This document shows, in pieces, positions 40,604 to 48,952 of a DNA stretch of 64,000 bases. The notes below the pieces were generated by a model. The model did not search any database. It was not told the origin of the DNA and was given only the letters and a program-made list of their open reading frames with translations. Origin of the DNA: an uncultured Rhodospirillales bacterium. GTDB lineage: Bacteria > Pseudomonadota > Alphaproteobacteria > JAWKYA01. How positions within the stretch are numbered: the first letter of the stretch is position 1; each line of letters begins with the position of its first letter. Made by a program: the position numbers and the translations under genes. The stretch covers positions 3,503-67,502 of the forward strand of contig CAYNIC010000011.1 in the NCBI GenBank assembly GCA_964397465.1, read 5' to 3'.

Positions 40604-42534
40604 CAGTCATTCACCTTAAGTTCGCAGTTGACGGAAAGAAGCGTGAAGGAAAAAGGATTGCTTTGGGTAATGCGCCACAGCGGTTCCAGCGCGCCGCGAT
40701 GCCAGCCCAAGGCCCGCACCGTGACATCGCCGGTATAGGCCGCCGGCGGTGAGTCAAGATTGACGCCGCCGATCGTCTGCAACGGAACCAATCTTGGTCC
40801 GCGGCCCACATCAACCATCAAGGCGGGGGTGTCTTTGATGCGGAAGGTGGCGCGGATCAGCCGCAAGGGCTCACCCTGAAGTTCTCCGTTGTCCGACGGC
40901 GGCAGGGGCTCGATGCTGTGGGTAAAGGCAAGACCTACTTCGATGCGGGTGGCGGTGGCGGCCAGAGAAATCACCCCGCCTTTGACCTTATAAAGGCCGA
41001 GCGGCCGGCCATCGGCGATGACCGTCACCCATTTGTCGTTGAGATGGGACAGCCCGCCCCAAATCGATTGGGCTTGTTCGGTTTCGCCCAACAAGGCGGC
41101 ATCACTGTTAAGTTGCGGATCAAATTTTTCGATCCGAAAATCGGCAAAACGTTTGGCCAAGGCATAGACGTCGCCGCCCACCACGGCGACGGCATGAAAC
41201 TCGCCGTCGGTTTCCAACCGCGTCCAGGCGGTGACATTCTCCGAGCGATAAAGGGTAAGGGCGCCGAGGCCGCCGTCGCTCATCACCACGTAAAGCACCC
41301 GCGACTTATCGGCGTAATCCATGTCGATCGGATCCGTCACCAGATGCGGAGCCAGCACCGAGAGGTCGCGGGCTTGGTAAGCCGCCTCGGCATCGGTATA
41401 AAGAAGTTCGCGAATTTGCCGGCCGCTGCGCGCGGCAAACAGGGTTGCGCCTTCAACCGCGCGGGGTGGTACGGTGCGATCAGGGTGTGAGCCGACGGTG
41501 GTTTGCCGTTTCGCCTGGACCGTGGCGGGAGATAACGGCTCGCCGGTGATCTGCCACTCGCCGCCGGTGGTCAAAACAAACAGCGTCAGACCGGAATGCA
41601 TCCCGCGAATGGCGTCGACCTGTTCCGACAACAATCCGAACTCGATCGCATCGTCATCCTCGCCGATGCCAAGATCAAAGTTGAACAGATCCGAAGTCCG
41701 CGACATCCAGATCCGGTTGGGGATCGACCGGGCGCCGCCGAACACCAACCGGTCTTGGGCGAAGGCGACGCTGGCGGGCCAGCCGCGATAGGGTGAAAAC
41801 GCCTGCTCGGACCAATCGGTGATGGCGGTGGTGTTGGGCAAGGACAGGGCCAGCGTCACCTTCACCGCCGTTGCCGAGGTGACCTCGATGATGGCGACAT
41901 CCTGGTTGGGCAGGCGTAAGTATGCGCCCAGCTGCGCCGGATCAAACACCGGTGCCGATGCGGTCAAGGTAATGGTGCCAGAGGTGCCGCTGGGCGTTAA
42001 GGTCACGGTATCTCCGGCGAAACGATAGAACGGATGATAGCGGCGTTTGGTTGTCGTATTGGCGACAAAGGTTAGATCCGCCAAAACCCAGGTTTGCGGC
42101 CCTAGACGGGTGAGGGTCTTTGGCGCAACATCGGGATGACAAATAAACAACGTGTCCGCACTTTGCGCCCAAGTCAGACGCTTGATCTGATCCGCCGTCC
42201 ACGGCGTGGCCACGGTGGCGATGACCGCATCATGGTGCAGGATGGTGATCTGCTGATGGGTGACGACCAACAGATAAGTCTGCTCGGCATTAAAGGCGAA
42301 ACCGATCAGACGGCCGGAGCCCGCGGCGATGGCGATATGACGCAGGCCAGGCCGGCGCGTCACGCCTCCGGTCGGCTGCACCAAAATATTGCGCAGTTTT
42401 TTTGCGGCGTTGCTGTACGACGCAAGATCGCCCCGGCCGTAAAGATCGCTCGATACTTCGCCGGCGGTGAAATTATTTTTGAGAACCCGCATGCGTCCCA
42501 TCTCAGCCTCCTCCAGTCCAGCCGGTAAGATCAA
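40603..42534 (-). CDS. tail tubular protein B (T7 gp12-like)
   Basis: N-terminus MRVLKNNFTAGEVSS...VQPTGGVTRRPGL parallels gp12 (NLKGGISQQP...GLQKRPP). Size 643 aa. Synteny after the tubular protein A gene. Confidence 0.65.
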   Translation of the reverse strand: MILPAGLEEAEMGRMRVLKNNFTAGEVSSDLYGRGDLASYSNAAKKLRNILVQPTGGVTRRPGLRHIAIAAGSGRLIGFAFNAEQTYLLVVTHQQITILHHDAVIATVATPWTADQIKRLTWAQSADTLFICHPDVAPKTLTRLGPQTWVLADLTFVANTTTKRRYHPFYRFAGDTVTLTPSGTSGTITLTASAPVFDPAQLGAYLRLPNQDVAIIEVTSATAVKVTLALSLPNTTAITDWSEQAFSPYRGWPASVAFAQDRLVFGGARSIPNRIWMSRTSDLFNFDLGIGEDDDAIEFGLLSEQVDAIRGMHSGLTLFVLTTGGEWQITGEPLSPATVQAKRQTTVGSHPDRTVPPRAVEGATLFAARSGRQIRELLYTDAEAAYQARDLSVLAPHLVTDPIDMDYADKSRVLYVVMSDGGLGALTLYRSENVTAWTRLETDGEFHAVAVVGGDVYALAKRFADFRIEKFDPQLNSDAALLGETEQAQSIWGGLSHLNDKWVTVIADGRPLGLYKVKGGVISLAATATRIEVGLAFTHSIEPLPPSDNGELQGEPLRLIRATFRIKDTPALMVDVGRGPRLVPLQTIGGVNLDSPPAAYTGDVTVRALGWHRGALEPLWRITQSNPFSFTLLSVNCELKVND

Positions 42535-43114
42535 ATCCGCCGGCGGTTTCTTCCTGGGCGTCGATCAGACGGGCGCGGCGAAATTCTTCCTCGGCGGCAC
42601 GGGCCAAGGCTTCGGCCCGGGATGAATTCTCGGTCAAAGGAATGCAGAACTCGGCCGCCAGGCGCGCGATCAGCACATGATCAAAGAACGGCGGAAAATC
42701 CGCTTCGCCGGGGCGAAAAATATAGGTCAGGATCACTTCATCGGCGTGGGCGTGAAGCCGCCGCTCGGCGATGCGGTAGGTAAGCCCGCGCCCGCGACGG
42801 CCGTTACCGGCGGAAAGGGCGCGAAGATAATCGCCGGGCAATTGAAACGCATAGGCATAGTCGGCGGGGGGCGAGGCCGCCAAGGGCGCAAGCCGCCGTT
42901 GCGCCGTGGCGAAATTCCACGGATGGGCGGAGAGCAGGGCGTCCCGCGTCGACGGATAAAGCAGGCTGGCCACCTCGGCGGCAGCGGAGCCTTCGTCAAA
43001 TCCTAAAATAGGCGCGGCGCCGATTTTCACCAGCGCTCGGGCACAAAGTTGAATGGCGCTCAGAGCCATGGCTCGTTGCCTTTCCCATAAAAAAGCTCCG
43101 CGGCGATGAACCAT
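42503..43114 (-). CDS. tail tubular protein A (T7 gp11-like)
   Basis: 203 aa. MALSAIQLCARALVKIGAAPILGFDEGSAAAEVASLLY...HPWNFA parallels the gp11 N-terminal pattern. Confidence 0.6.
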   Translation of the reverse strand: MVHRRGAFLWERQRAMALSAIQLCARALVKIGAAPILGFDEGSAAAEVASLLYPSTRDALLSAHPWNFATAQRRLAPLAASPPADYAYAFQLPGDYLRALSAGNGRRGRGLTYRIAERRLHAHADEVILTYIFRPGEADFPPFFDHVLIARLAAEFCIPLTENSSRAEALARAAEEEFRRARLIDAQEETAGGFDLTGWTGGG

Positions 43115-43152
43115 CGCCGGCGGAGCCGATCACAACAGAGAAAATAGATTTA

Positions 43153-43410
43153 TTAGTCGGTGTTCACGCTGCCGACGGCGGTCATGTCGGCGACATCGAC
43201 CGTGCCGTTCTGGCTGGAAGCGATCAGAAGAATGCCGGCGCCGCCGTTGACATTGGCGAGAATCATATCGCCTTTGCGCAGCATATCTACGGCGGGATTA
43301 AAATAGCCGTTGGTATCGACGATGTCGGCGGTATCGGTCGAGGCATAATGCCAAAGGGTAAAGCCGTTGGCATAGGCCAGCACCGAAAGGTTTCTGGCAA
43401 GATAGGCCAT
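43153..43410 (-). CDS. hypothetical phage protein
   Basis: 85-aa ORF between the capsid and tubular A genes. Confidence 0.35.
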   Translation of the reverse strand: MAYLARNLSVLAYANGFTLWHYASTDTADIVDTNGYFNPAVDMLRKGDMILANVNGGAGILLIASSQNGTVDVADMTAVGSVNTD

Positions 43411-43448
43411 GAAGATCTCCTTTATCTCTTTAAGCTAAGGGTGAAATT

Positions 43449-44273
43449 TTACGCTTCGCTGCACGGCAGGGTGACAAGACCGGTGCCATCGACCAGCACC
43501 GCGCCCAAGGACAGCGAGCAGCTGACGAACCACGCGGCCCGATCGTTGTGATAGGCGATGTCGGTGTTGACTTCCGATCCCACCGCGAGGGCAAGGGCGG
43601 TCTTGTGCCACCAATGGCACAGGCGGTGACCATTGCCGTCGAGGCCAAGGCCGGAATGGGGCATCCACAAGGTTCCCAGCCAGCGCTTGGCCTGGGTGCC
43701 GCGCCAGGGCAGATCGTCGCTGCCGACATAATCGGCATTGGCGAATTCCTGGATCATCAAGAGATCGGACCATTGTTTCCATCCCACCACGGCGTAACGA
43801 TCTCCGTCATCGGGCACATCGTTGCCGCCCAGGATGCCGAAGGCCTCCAGCACCTTTTGTTTGGTGAGACCGCCGCTAACCGTCGGAGTCAGATTGGCCG
43901 AGGTGTTCATCTGCGCCAAAATCAGCTCGTCGGTTTTGCGGCCCAAGGCATAGGCGCCGGCATTGGCCACCACCGCCCGCTCTTCGTTCTCGGTCTTAAG
44001 TTCGTCCAGGGCGTCCACCCATTCGCCGGCATAGTAATCCGACAGAAAACATTCGATCGGCGCGTGATCGATGTTCATCACCGGCACCTTGCCGTGTCGC
44101 GCTTTGGTCGAAGCGCTGCCCTTGCCGACTTTTTGAAACACGGTGGAGGCGCCTTTAACGCTGCCCTTGGCGCGAACGCAAGGGCGGAGCTTGGCGCCCG
44201 TACGCTGATAGGCTTCGTGAACTTCCTTTTCGAACTGCTTGATGAAAGCAGCATCAATGGAGGGTTTATTCAT
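43449..44273 (-). CDS. major capsid protein (T7-like podovirus type)
   Basis: 274 aa. Position between scaffold and tail tubular genes. Weak pattern similarity to gp10. Confidence 0.6.
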   Translation of the reverse strand: MNKPSIDAAFIKQFEKEVHEAYQRTGAKLRPCVRAKGSVKGASTVFQKVGKGSASTKARHGKVPVMNIDHAPIECFLSDYYAGEWVDALDELKTENEERAVVANAGAYALGRKTDELILAQMNTSANLTPTVSGGLTKQKVLEAFGILGGNDVPDDGDRYAVVGWKQWSDLLMIQEFANADYVGSDDLPWRGTQAKRWLGTLWMPHSGLGLDGNGHRLCHWWHKTALALAVGSEVNTDIAYHNDRAAWFVSCSLSLGAVLVDGTGLVTLPCSEA

Positions 44274-44394
44274 GGTGATCCTTTCAGAAAAAATAAACGG
44301 TTGAGTCCGGCCACGGGTTATCCGCGCAGGGGCGGGCTTGCAGCCGGATGAAGGAAAAAGACGGGCCGCCGCAACGGTTGTCCGTAATTAAGAC

Positions 44395-45132
44395 TTATGA
44401 ACTGGGGTAAAGACGGCGGAAGCCCTCGCTGACCTCGGCCACAAAGGCGGGGTCTTTGTGCTTCCAATAGCGGGGATCGCGCATCATCTTGGTCAGATCC
44501 TCTTCGGTTAAACTTGCAACCGCGGTGCCGCCACCGCCAAGCCGCGGCGGCGATCCGCTTTGCATCATGGCGTGAAGCGCCAGAACGCCGTCGCTGGTCG
44601 AGGCCAAGGCGTCGAACACGTCGCGCGGCAGGTGGGCCGTGCCCCAGGCGTTGAGTTGCCGGGCGATTTCGCGCCATGCCGTATCGCCGCCGAAATGGGC
44701 GATCAGTCGCTCGCGCTGTTTTTGCGCCTCGAATTCCGACGCCAGATCGGTGATCGCCGGCAGCATGCGTTCGCCGGCGAGATCGTAAACCAGCTGAGCT
44801 TGGCGCGGCGTGAAGTGGGCCGCGTGCAGGCGACCGTTGACATCCGGATCAATGTCCAGAAAATCGGTGCTAAGATTGATCTCGTAAGCATCGGGTGTGT
44901 CGGGGATACCGAGCGCCCGGCGGAAGGCTGCGGTCTCCGTCTCGTCGGCATCATCTCGCGGCACCCGCACCATGGTCGATAGTTTTCGCTCCAGCTCCAA
45001 ATAGGATCGCGCCAGTTTCGCCACATCGGGCGCGCCGGTTTGCGGGTCCAAAAATTTCTGGGGAATTTGCACCGTGTCGGATGAAGGGGCGGCGGGCGTA
45101 TCCGATGGTGTGGTCAGTAAACTCTCGGTCAT
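44395..45132 (-). CDS. capsid scaffolding protein (probable)
   Basis: Acidic, helical protein starting MTESLLTT. Position between portal and capsid. The long N-terminal extension of the ORF is Arg/Pro-rich and not credible. Confidence 0.45.
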   Translation of the reverse strand: MTESLLTTPSDTPAAPSSDTVQIPQKFLDPQTGAPDVAKLARSYLELERKLSTMVRVPRDDADETETAAFRRALGIPDTPDAYEINLSTDFLDIDPDVNGRLHAAHFTPRQAQLVYDLAGERMLPAITDLASEFEAQKQRERLIAHFGGDTAWREIARQLNAWGTAHLPRDVFDALASTSDGVLALHAMMQSGSPPRLGGGGTAVASLTEEDLTKMMRDPRYWKHKDPAFVAEVSEGFRRLYPSS

Positions 45133-45136
45133 GGCA

Positions 45137-46669
45137 TTATCCTTTTGTCGACGAAAGGGTTTGCGCCTCAACAGAGGCAGGTAAAATTTCAGAAGAAATC
45201 GCTGCTGGAACATCGGGACGTAACAGGCTCGCCGGCAGGTCCAGCATCTTGGCGGCCCATCTGGCGGCGGCCGGCGCATCCAAGGTCGCGGCGGCGTCCG
45301 GCCCCAACTGCTTGGCGATGTCCAGCCACGACAAGGCGCCTTGCGCCTCCAACTGGGCTTGCCGCCGCGCCAAGGGCGATCGGTATTGCAAGGTGATGGT
45401 GCGACCATCCAAGGTCAGGTTCGGCAATTCGCCGCGCCGGGATAAAATCGCCAAGGCCCGCGCCACCAACGGCGTCAAAAGTTCGGCCTGCAGCCGGCCG
45501 TAGGTTGCGCCCAATAACCGCGCGGTCTCCGCCGCCCGGTGCAGAACTTCGGTTGCGGTCATGCCCGGCGTCGCCACACTTGCCAGGCGGTCGGTCAGCA
45601 GACTGGAGCGGATCGCTTGCCGTAGGGTGGCAAGAGTCAAATCCGAGACATTGAAATTTCCCGGCACCTGCAAGGGCGTCAGGCCCGATGAGCCGACCGC
45701 CTTGGGAATGATGGTGCCCGGCACCAACCTCACCGTCGCCGGATTTAAAACACCGTCGTCATCGGCCTGCCAAATGCCGGTGACGGCGATGGCGGCGTTT
45801 TTCAGCGTCAACTCAACCACCTTGTTGGCGGTTTTGATATCGGGCAATGCCTTCATCACCGGCGAGCGGCCATAGGCCTCGCCCGGCGCTTTCATCCAGC
45901 GAAACGACAAAAAGGGCGATTGATCCAATCGCGCCTTGGCCAAAAGATGCGGGCCGTTGAATTTCTCCGCACCGCCTTCCAACACCGCGACGTAATCGTA
46001 ACCGTTGCCGGTCTCGCGGGGGACCACCGCTTCGATCACCGTGTAAAGACGATCGCTGTCGGTTGCGGCGGAAGCGGGAATCTCCGCTGCGGGAAAGCGG
46101 CTGTGCAGTTGCAGCCGGCTCAACCGATTGCGACGATAGGCGATATCCAACCTTCCCTCGGCGCCTTCCTCCAACACCACATCCCACAACGGCACGGCGG
46201 CAAAGCGAAAGGCGCTGGGTTGTCCCGGGGCGGTTTCTTCAAAGGACAAACAAGCCGTGCCCGACACCACCAAATCCAGAAAGCATTGATGAATCTCCAC
46301 CGCAAAATTCGAGCGATCGAAATGCTGCTGCAGAATCTCGGCGGCGCGATCGAGTTTCGGCGCCAGGTCGCCGTGCAGGTGTTCGGGAATTTCCCGGCCG
46401 GGGGCAAAGCCGAACCATCTGGCCCAGGGCGGCGTCAGTTCAGCCAGCAAACTGGCCGCCAATTGATCCACCGCATCGGGGGCGGTGCCGTCGAACAACC
46501 GCTCGCGGCTGGCGGCGGATAGACTGGAGGGCCCCGCTCCGGCAAAGGGCGTCTCATCCCGCGACGGCAAACTGTAGGCATAGCAGTCGCGCCACACCGA
46601 CTCCCAGGCGCTGCGCTGCATCTTGGCGCGGTGAAACCGGGCCATCACGCTTTCCGGCGTCATGATCAC
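45137..46669 (-). CDS. portal (head-to-tail connector) protein, T7 gp8-like
   Basis: 510 aa. N-terminal VMARFHRAKMQRSAWESVWRDCYAYSLPSR parallels the gp8 N-terminus. Position 5' of scaffold. Confidence 0.75.
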   Translation of the reverse strand: MIMTPESVMARFHRAKMQRSAWESVWRDCYAYSLPSRDETPFAGAGPSSLSAASRERLFDGTAPDAVDQLAASLLAELTPPWARWFGFAPGREIPEHLHGDLAPKLDRAAEILQQHFDRSNFAVEIHQCFLDLVVSGTACLSFEETAPGQPSAFRFAAVPLWDVVLEEGAEGRLDIAYRRNRLSRLQLHSRFPAAEIPASAATDSDRLYTVIEAVVPRETGNGYDYVAVLEGGAEKFNGPHLLAKARLDQSPFLSFRWMKAPGEAYGRSPVMKALPDIKTANKVVELTLKNAAIAVTGIWQADDDGVLNPATVRLVPGTIIPKAVGSSGLTPLQVPGNFNVSDLTLATLRQAIRSSLLTDRLASVATPGMTATEVLHRAAETARLLGATYGRLQAELLTPLVARALAILSRRGELPNLTLDGRTITLQYRSPLARRQAQLEAQGALSWLDIAKQLGPDAAATLDAPAAARWAAKMLDLPASLLRPDVPAAISSEILPASVEAQTLSSTKG

Positions 46670-46983
46670 TCTCCCAATAAAATTTTGCGGGCGGGGATAA
46701 GGCGCGCCGATTTGCCGGCGGTAATGGCAGGCTGCTCCAGCACGCCGGTCAGTCCGGTTTTGACGGTGGTGGCAAGGCCGCGGCGAATCCGGCGGTGCGG
46801 GTGAAGATCTTCCTTCACCGCGGCGGATAGGGGCGGCGGTGCCGGAACCGGCGGTGGGGTGGGGGCGATAAAGCGGCTGGCCATCAAGGATCTCCCTGAA
46901 GCAGGTGGAACGAACGGGACAAAGGGTGGAAAAAACAAAACCCGCCGCGGTTTCCCGGGGCGGGTGAGAAGAGGCGGAGTCAT
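46666..46983 (-). CDS. hypothetical phage protein (first gene of structural operon)
   Basis: Pro-rich small ORF. ATGA overlap with the portal gene. Start may be the internal MASRF. Confidence 0.3.
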   Translation of the reverse strand: MTPPLLTRPGKPRRVLFFPPFVPFVPPASGRSLMASRFIAPTPPPVPAPPPLSAAVKEDLHPHRRIRRGLATTVKTGLTGVLEQPAITAGKSARLIPARKILLGE

Positions 46984-46998
46984 GGCCTCATGTGTTCC

Positions 46999-47027
46999 TA
47001 TATAGTTCTCTTTTCAGTTCCTGTCAA
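46999..47027 (-). promoter_or_regulatory. consensus sigma70-type promoter reading into the structural operon
   Basis: On the minus strand: TTGACA, a 17-nt spacer, then TATATA. Confidence 0.5.
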
Positions 47028-47109
47028 CGGTATTTTTTCTTAAAAAATGAAAAAGAAGCTGGCCGCCTGTGGGCAAGGTTTCCTTCCGGCTGAATCCCCA
47101 GCGTCTATT

Positions 47110-47562
47110 TCAAGAACGGCTTACCCGACCCGCGGGATTTAAAAGACGTCCCGCGTTCCTGTCCGTCAGGGATAAAAATAACCGCCATGGGGTCCAAATA
47201 AATCGGCGCCGCAGGTGCAAAATATTTTTTACCACGGCAACGCAGGTCATCGGCCGCAGCAGGTTAAGACAAGATCGATGGCGCCGCGGGGTGCGGGTCA
47301 TCGGCATCATCACGGGAATCGGCACCGCACCCTTTGCGGTATAGAATCGAATCATCTCCGCAACGGAGTAGGGAGGAAGGAGTTTGATCATCAGACGGCC
47401 GCACAGGGGATCCACCATGATCCATCCGCTGGCGATTCGATAAAGGATAAAGCAATGGCGGAAGCCTCGTTTCAACAGATAAAACCATGGAAATTCCAGC
47501 TCGCCGCGAAATACCACGATCGCCGTAACCCCGCGGCGCGGACGATCAGAGTCGGCGGTCAT
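47110..47562 (-). CDS. hypothetical protein (early/regulatory region of element)
   Basis: 150 aa starting MTADSDRP. ATGA overlap with the upstream gene. The longer 244-aa ORF has an Arg-rich, non-credible extension. Confidence 0.4.
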   Translation of the reverse strand: MTADSDRPRRGVTAIVVFRGELEFPWFYLLKRGFRHCFILYRIASGWIMVDPLCGRLMIKLLPPYSVAEMIRFYTAKGAVPIPVMMPMTRTPRRHRSCLNLLRPMTCVAVVKNILHLRRRFIWTPWRLFLSLTDRNAGRLLNPAGRVSRS

Positions 47563-47924
47563 CGGACGATTCCCTTGGCCCGCAGCGGCGGCGTCAAACG
47601 CTCTAACGCTTCGCGCCACAGCTTGGCGAAGTTCGCCTCTTCGCCCCGGGCATAGGGCGACGGAGCGCGGCCCATGCGGCCGTAGTGCATCAGGATTTTG
47701 ACATGAGCCCGGCGCAGGCGCCGTCGCTCGACCAGCCGCACCAGCTCGCGCACCACGTCGTCGGGCTCGCAGGGTTTGGGGGTGGATTTTCCCGCCTCGA
47801 ACCGGGCGCCGTCGGCGCGGGCGGTCAGGCAGGCGACGCACCAAAACCAGCAGGCTAAACTCGTCGGGAAAGGCTCCCCAATCGTTGTTCCCTTGCCGGT
47901 GGTGATAAGCTTCAACTGGCCCAT
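47559..47924 (-). CDS. hypothetical protein, possible Cro/CII-like regulator
   Basis: 121 aa, divergently transcribed from the repressor gene. Cys cluster CWFWCVAC. Confidence 0.4.
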   Translation of the reverse strand: MGQLKLITTGKGTTIGEPFPTSLACWFWCVACLTARADGARFEAGKSTPKPCEPDDVVRELVRLVERRRLRRAHVKILMHYGRMGRAPSPYARGEEANFAKLWREALERLTPPLRAKGIVR

Positions 47925-47969
47925 GGCTTTGCTCCCTTGAAGGGCTTTTTTCTCTCGCGGTAAACGAGT

Positions 47970-47984
47970 GTTCTATTATTGTTC
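47970..47984 (+). promoter_or_regulatory. alphaproteobacterial LexA-type SOS box (GTTC-N7-GTTC)
   Basis: GTTCtattattGTTC lies in the divergent intergenic region between the regulator gene and the repressor gene. A TTCAC-N7-GTGAA palindrome sits at 48058-48074. Confidence 0.5.
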
Positions 47985-48084
47985 GCTATTAGAGGGAGAG
48001 TCTATATGCACAAATACCCATGTCAAGCCTGAATCAGAATTTGATCCTAGTGACATTTTTCACCTGAATTGTGAAGGTGTTCCC

Positions 48085-48717
48085 ATGTTGAGACATGCGG
48101 ATATATGGCGGGGGATTGACCGTTTGGCTGCGACACATAATTTGTCGCCCTCGGGCTTGGCTCGAAAGTCAGGATTGGATCCCACCACCTTTAACAAATC
48201 AAAACGGGTTGCCCGGGATGGCAAGCCGCGTTGGCCGACGACGGAAAGCCTGGCGAAGATTCTGTCGGCCACCGGCGCCGGCATGAACGAATTCGTCTCA
48301 TTGATGAGCGAGACTCCCGGCACCTCGGTAACCCAGCGGATCCCGGTCATCGGCTATACCCAAGCGGGTCAGGCCGGTTACTTCGACGACGCCGGTTATC
48401 CCGCGGGCAAGGGCTGGGACGAGGTGGAGTTCCCCGATGTCGGCGATCCTCACGTTTATGCGCTGGAGATCAACGGCGACAGCATGATGCCGGTTTATCG
48501 CGACGGCGACGTGGTTGTGGTCTCGCCCCAGGCGCAGATCCGCCGCAACGACCGGGTGGTGCTGAAGACCGTCGAGGGCGAGGTGATGGCCAAGGTGCTC
48601 AGCCGCCGGTCGGCCAAGAAGATCGATCTGCATTCGCTCAACACCGATTTCCCCGATCGCAGCCTGGACAGCGACGACGTGCTGTGGATCGCGCGGATTA
48701 TCTGGGCCAGCCAATAG
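48085..48717 (+). CDS. phage repressor, HTH plus S24 (LexA-like) peptidase domain
   Basis: N-terminal HTH region (SPSGLARKSGLDPTTFNK). C-terminal S24 domain with GDSM and a following Lys (ALEINGDSMMPVYRDGDVVVV...K). Confidence 0.8.
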   Translation: MLRHADIWRGIDRLAATHNLSPSGLARKSGLDPTTFNKSKRVARDGKPRWPTTESLAKILSATGAGMNEFVSLMSETPGTSVTQRIPVIGYTQAGQAGYFDDAGYPAGKGWDEVEFPDVGDPHVYALEINGDSMMPVYRDGDVVVVSPQAQIRRNDRVVLKTVEGEVMAKVLSRRSAKKIDLHSLNTDFPDRSLDSDDVLWIARIIWASQ

Positions 48718-48731
48718 TCTTAGCGCCGATT

Positions 48732-48874
48732 GATTCCGCGATTCCTGTCGCAAGATTCCATTCCTTAAATGCCGGAGTCCGACTCTTCTCCTAACTTGGG
48801 TATGAAGAGTCGAGATTGCTGTCGATTAGGAATCCTTGAATCGCCCCCGAATCTTCAATGAATCTTTCTGAATC
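48732..48874 (+). promoter_or_regulatory. cluster of 11 GANTC (CcrM methylation) motifs in 143 bp
   Basis: gattc x3, gagtc, gactc, gagtc, then gaatc x5. Also contains a GACTCTTC/GAAGAGTC inverted repeat. Confidence 0.6.
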
Positions 48875-48952
48875 CCATTTCGGAGGCGACTAGCTGGCGC
48901 CGGTTGCGTAGCCGGCCTAGGATCGGTCGCCACCTTTAAAGAAAGATCCGCC

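Noticed and set aside
44395-45408. 337-aa version of the scaffold ORF
   Set aside because: The first 92 codons overlap the portal gene out of frame and are Arg/Pro/Trp-rich. The start was moved to MTESLL at 45132.
47110-47844. 244-aa ORF as annotated in the track
   Set aside because: The N-terminal 94 aa are extremely Arg/Pro/Ala-rich and overlap the upstream gene in another frame. Only the C-terminal 150 aa (starting at ATG 47562, ATGA-coupled) look like a real gene.
48721-48950. Searched the right end of the phage-like element for a copy of the pyrD-5' repeat (attR candidate)
   Set aside because: No similar sequence found. The region instead contains the GANTC cluster, so the element boundaries remain undefined on this side.
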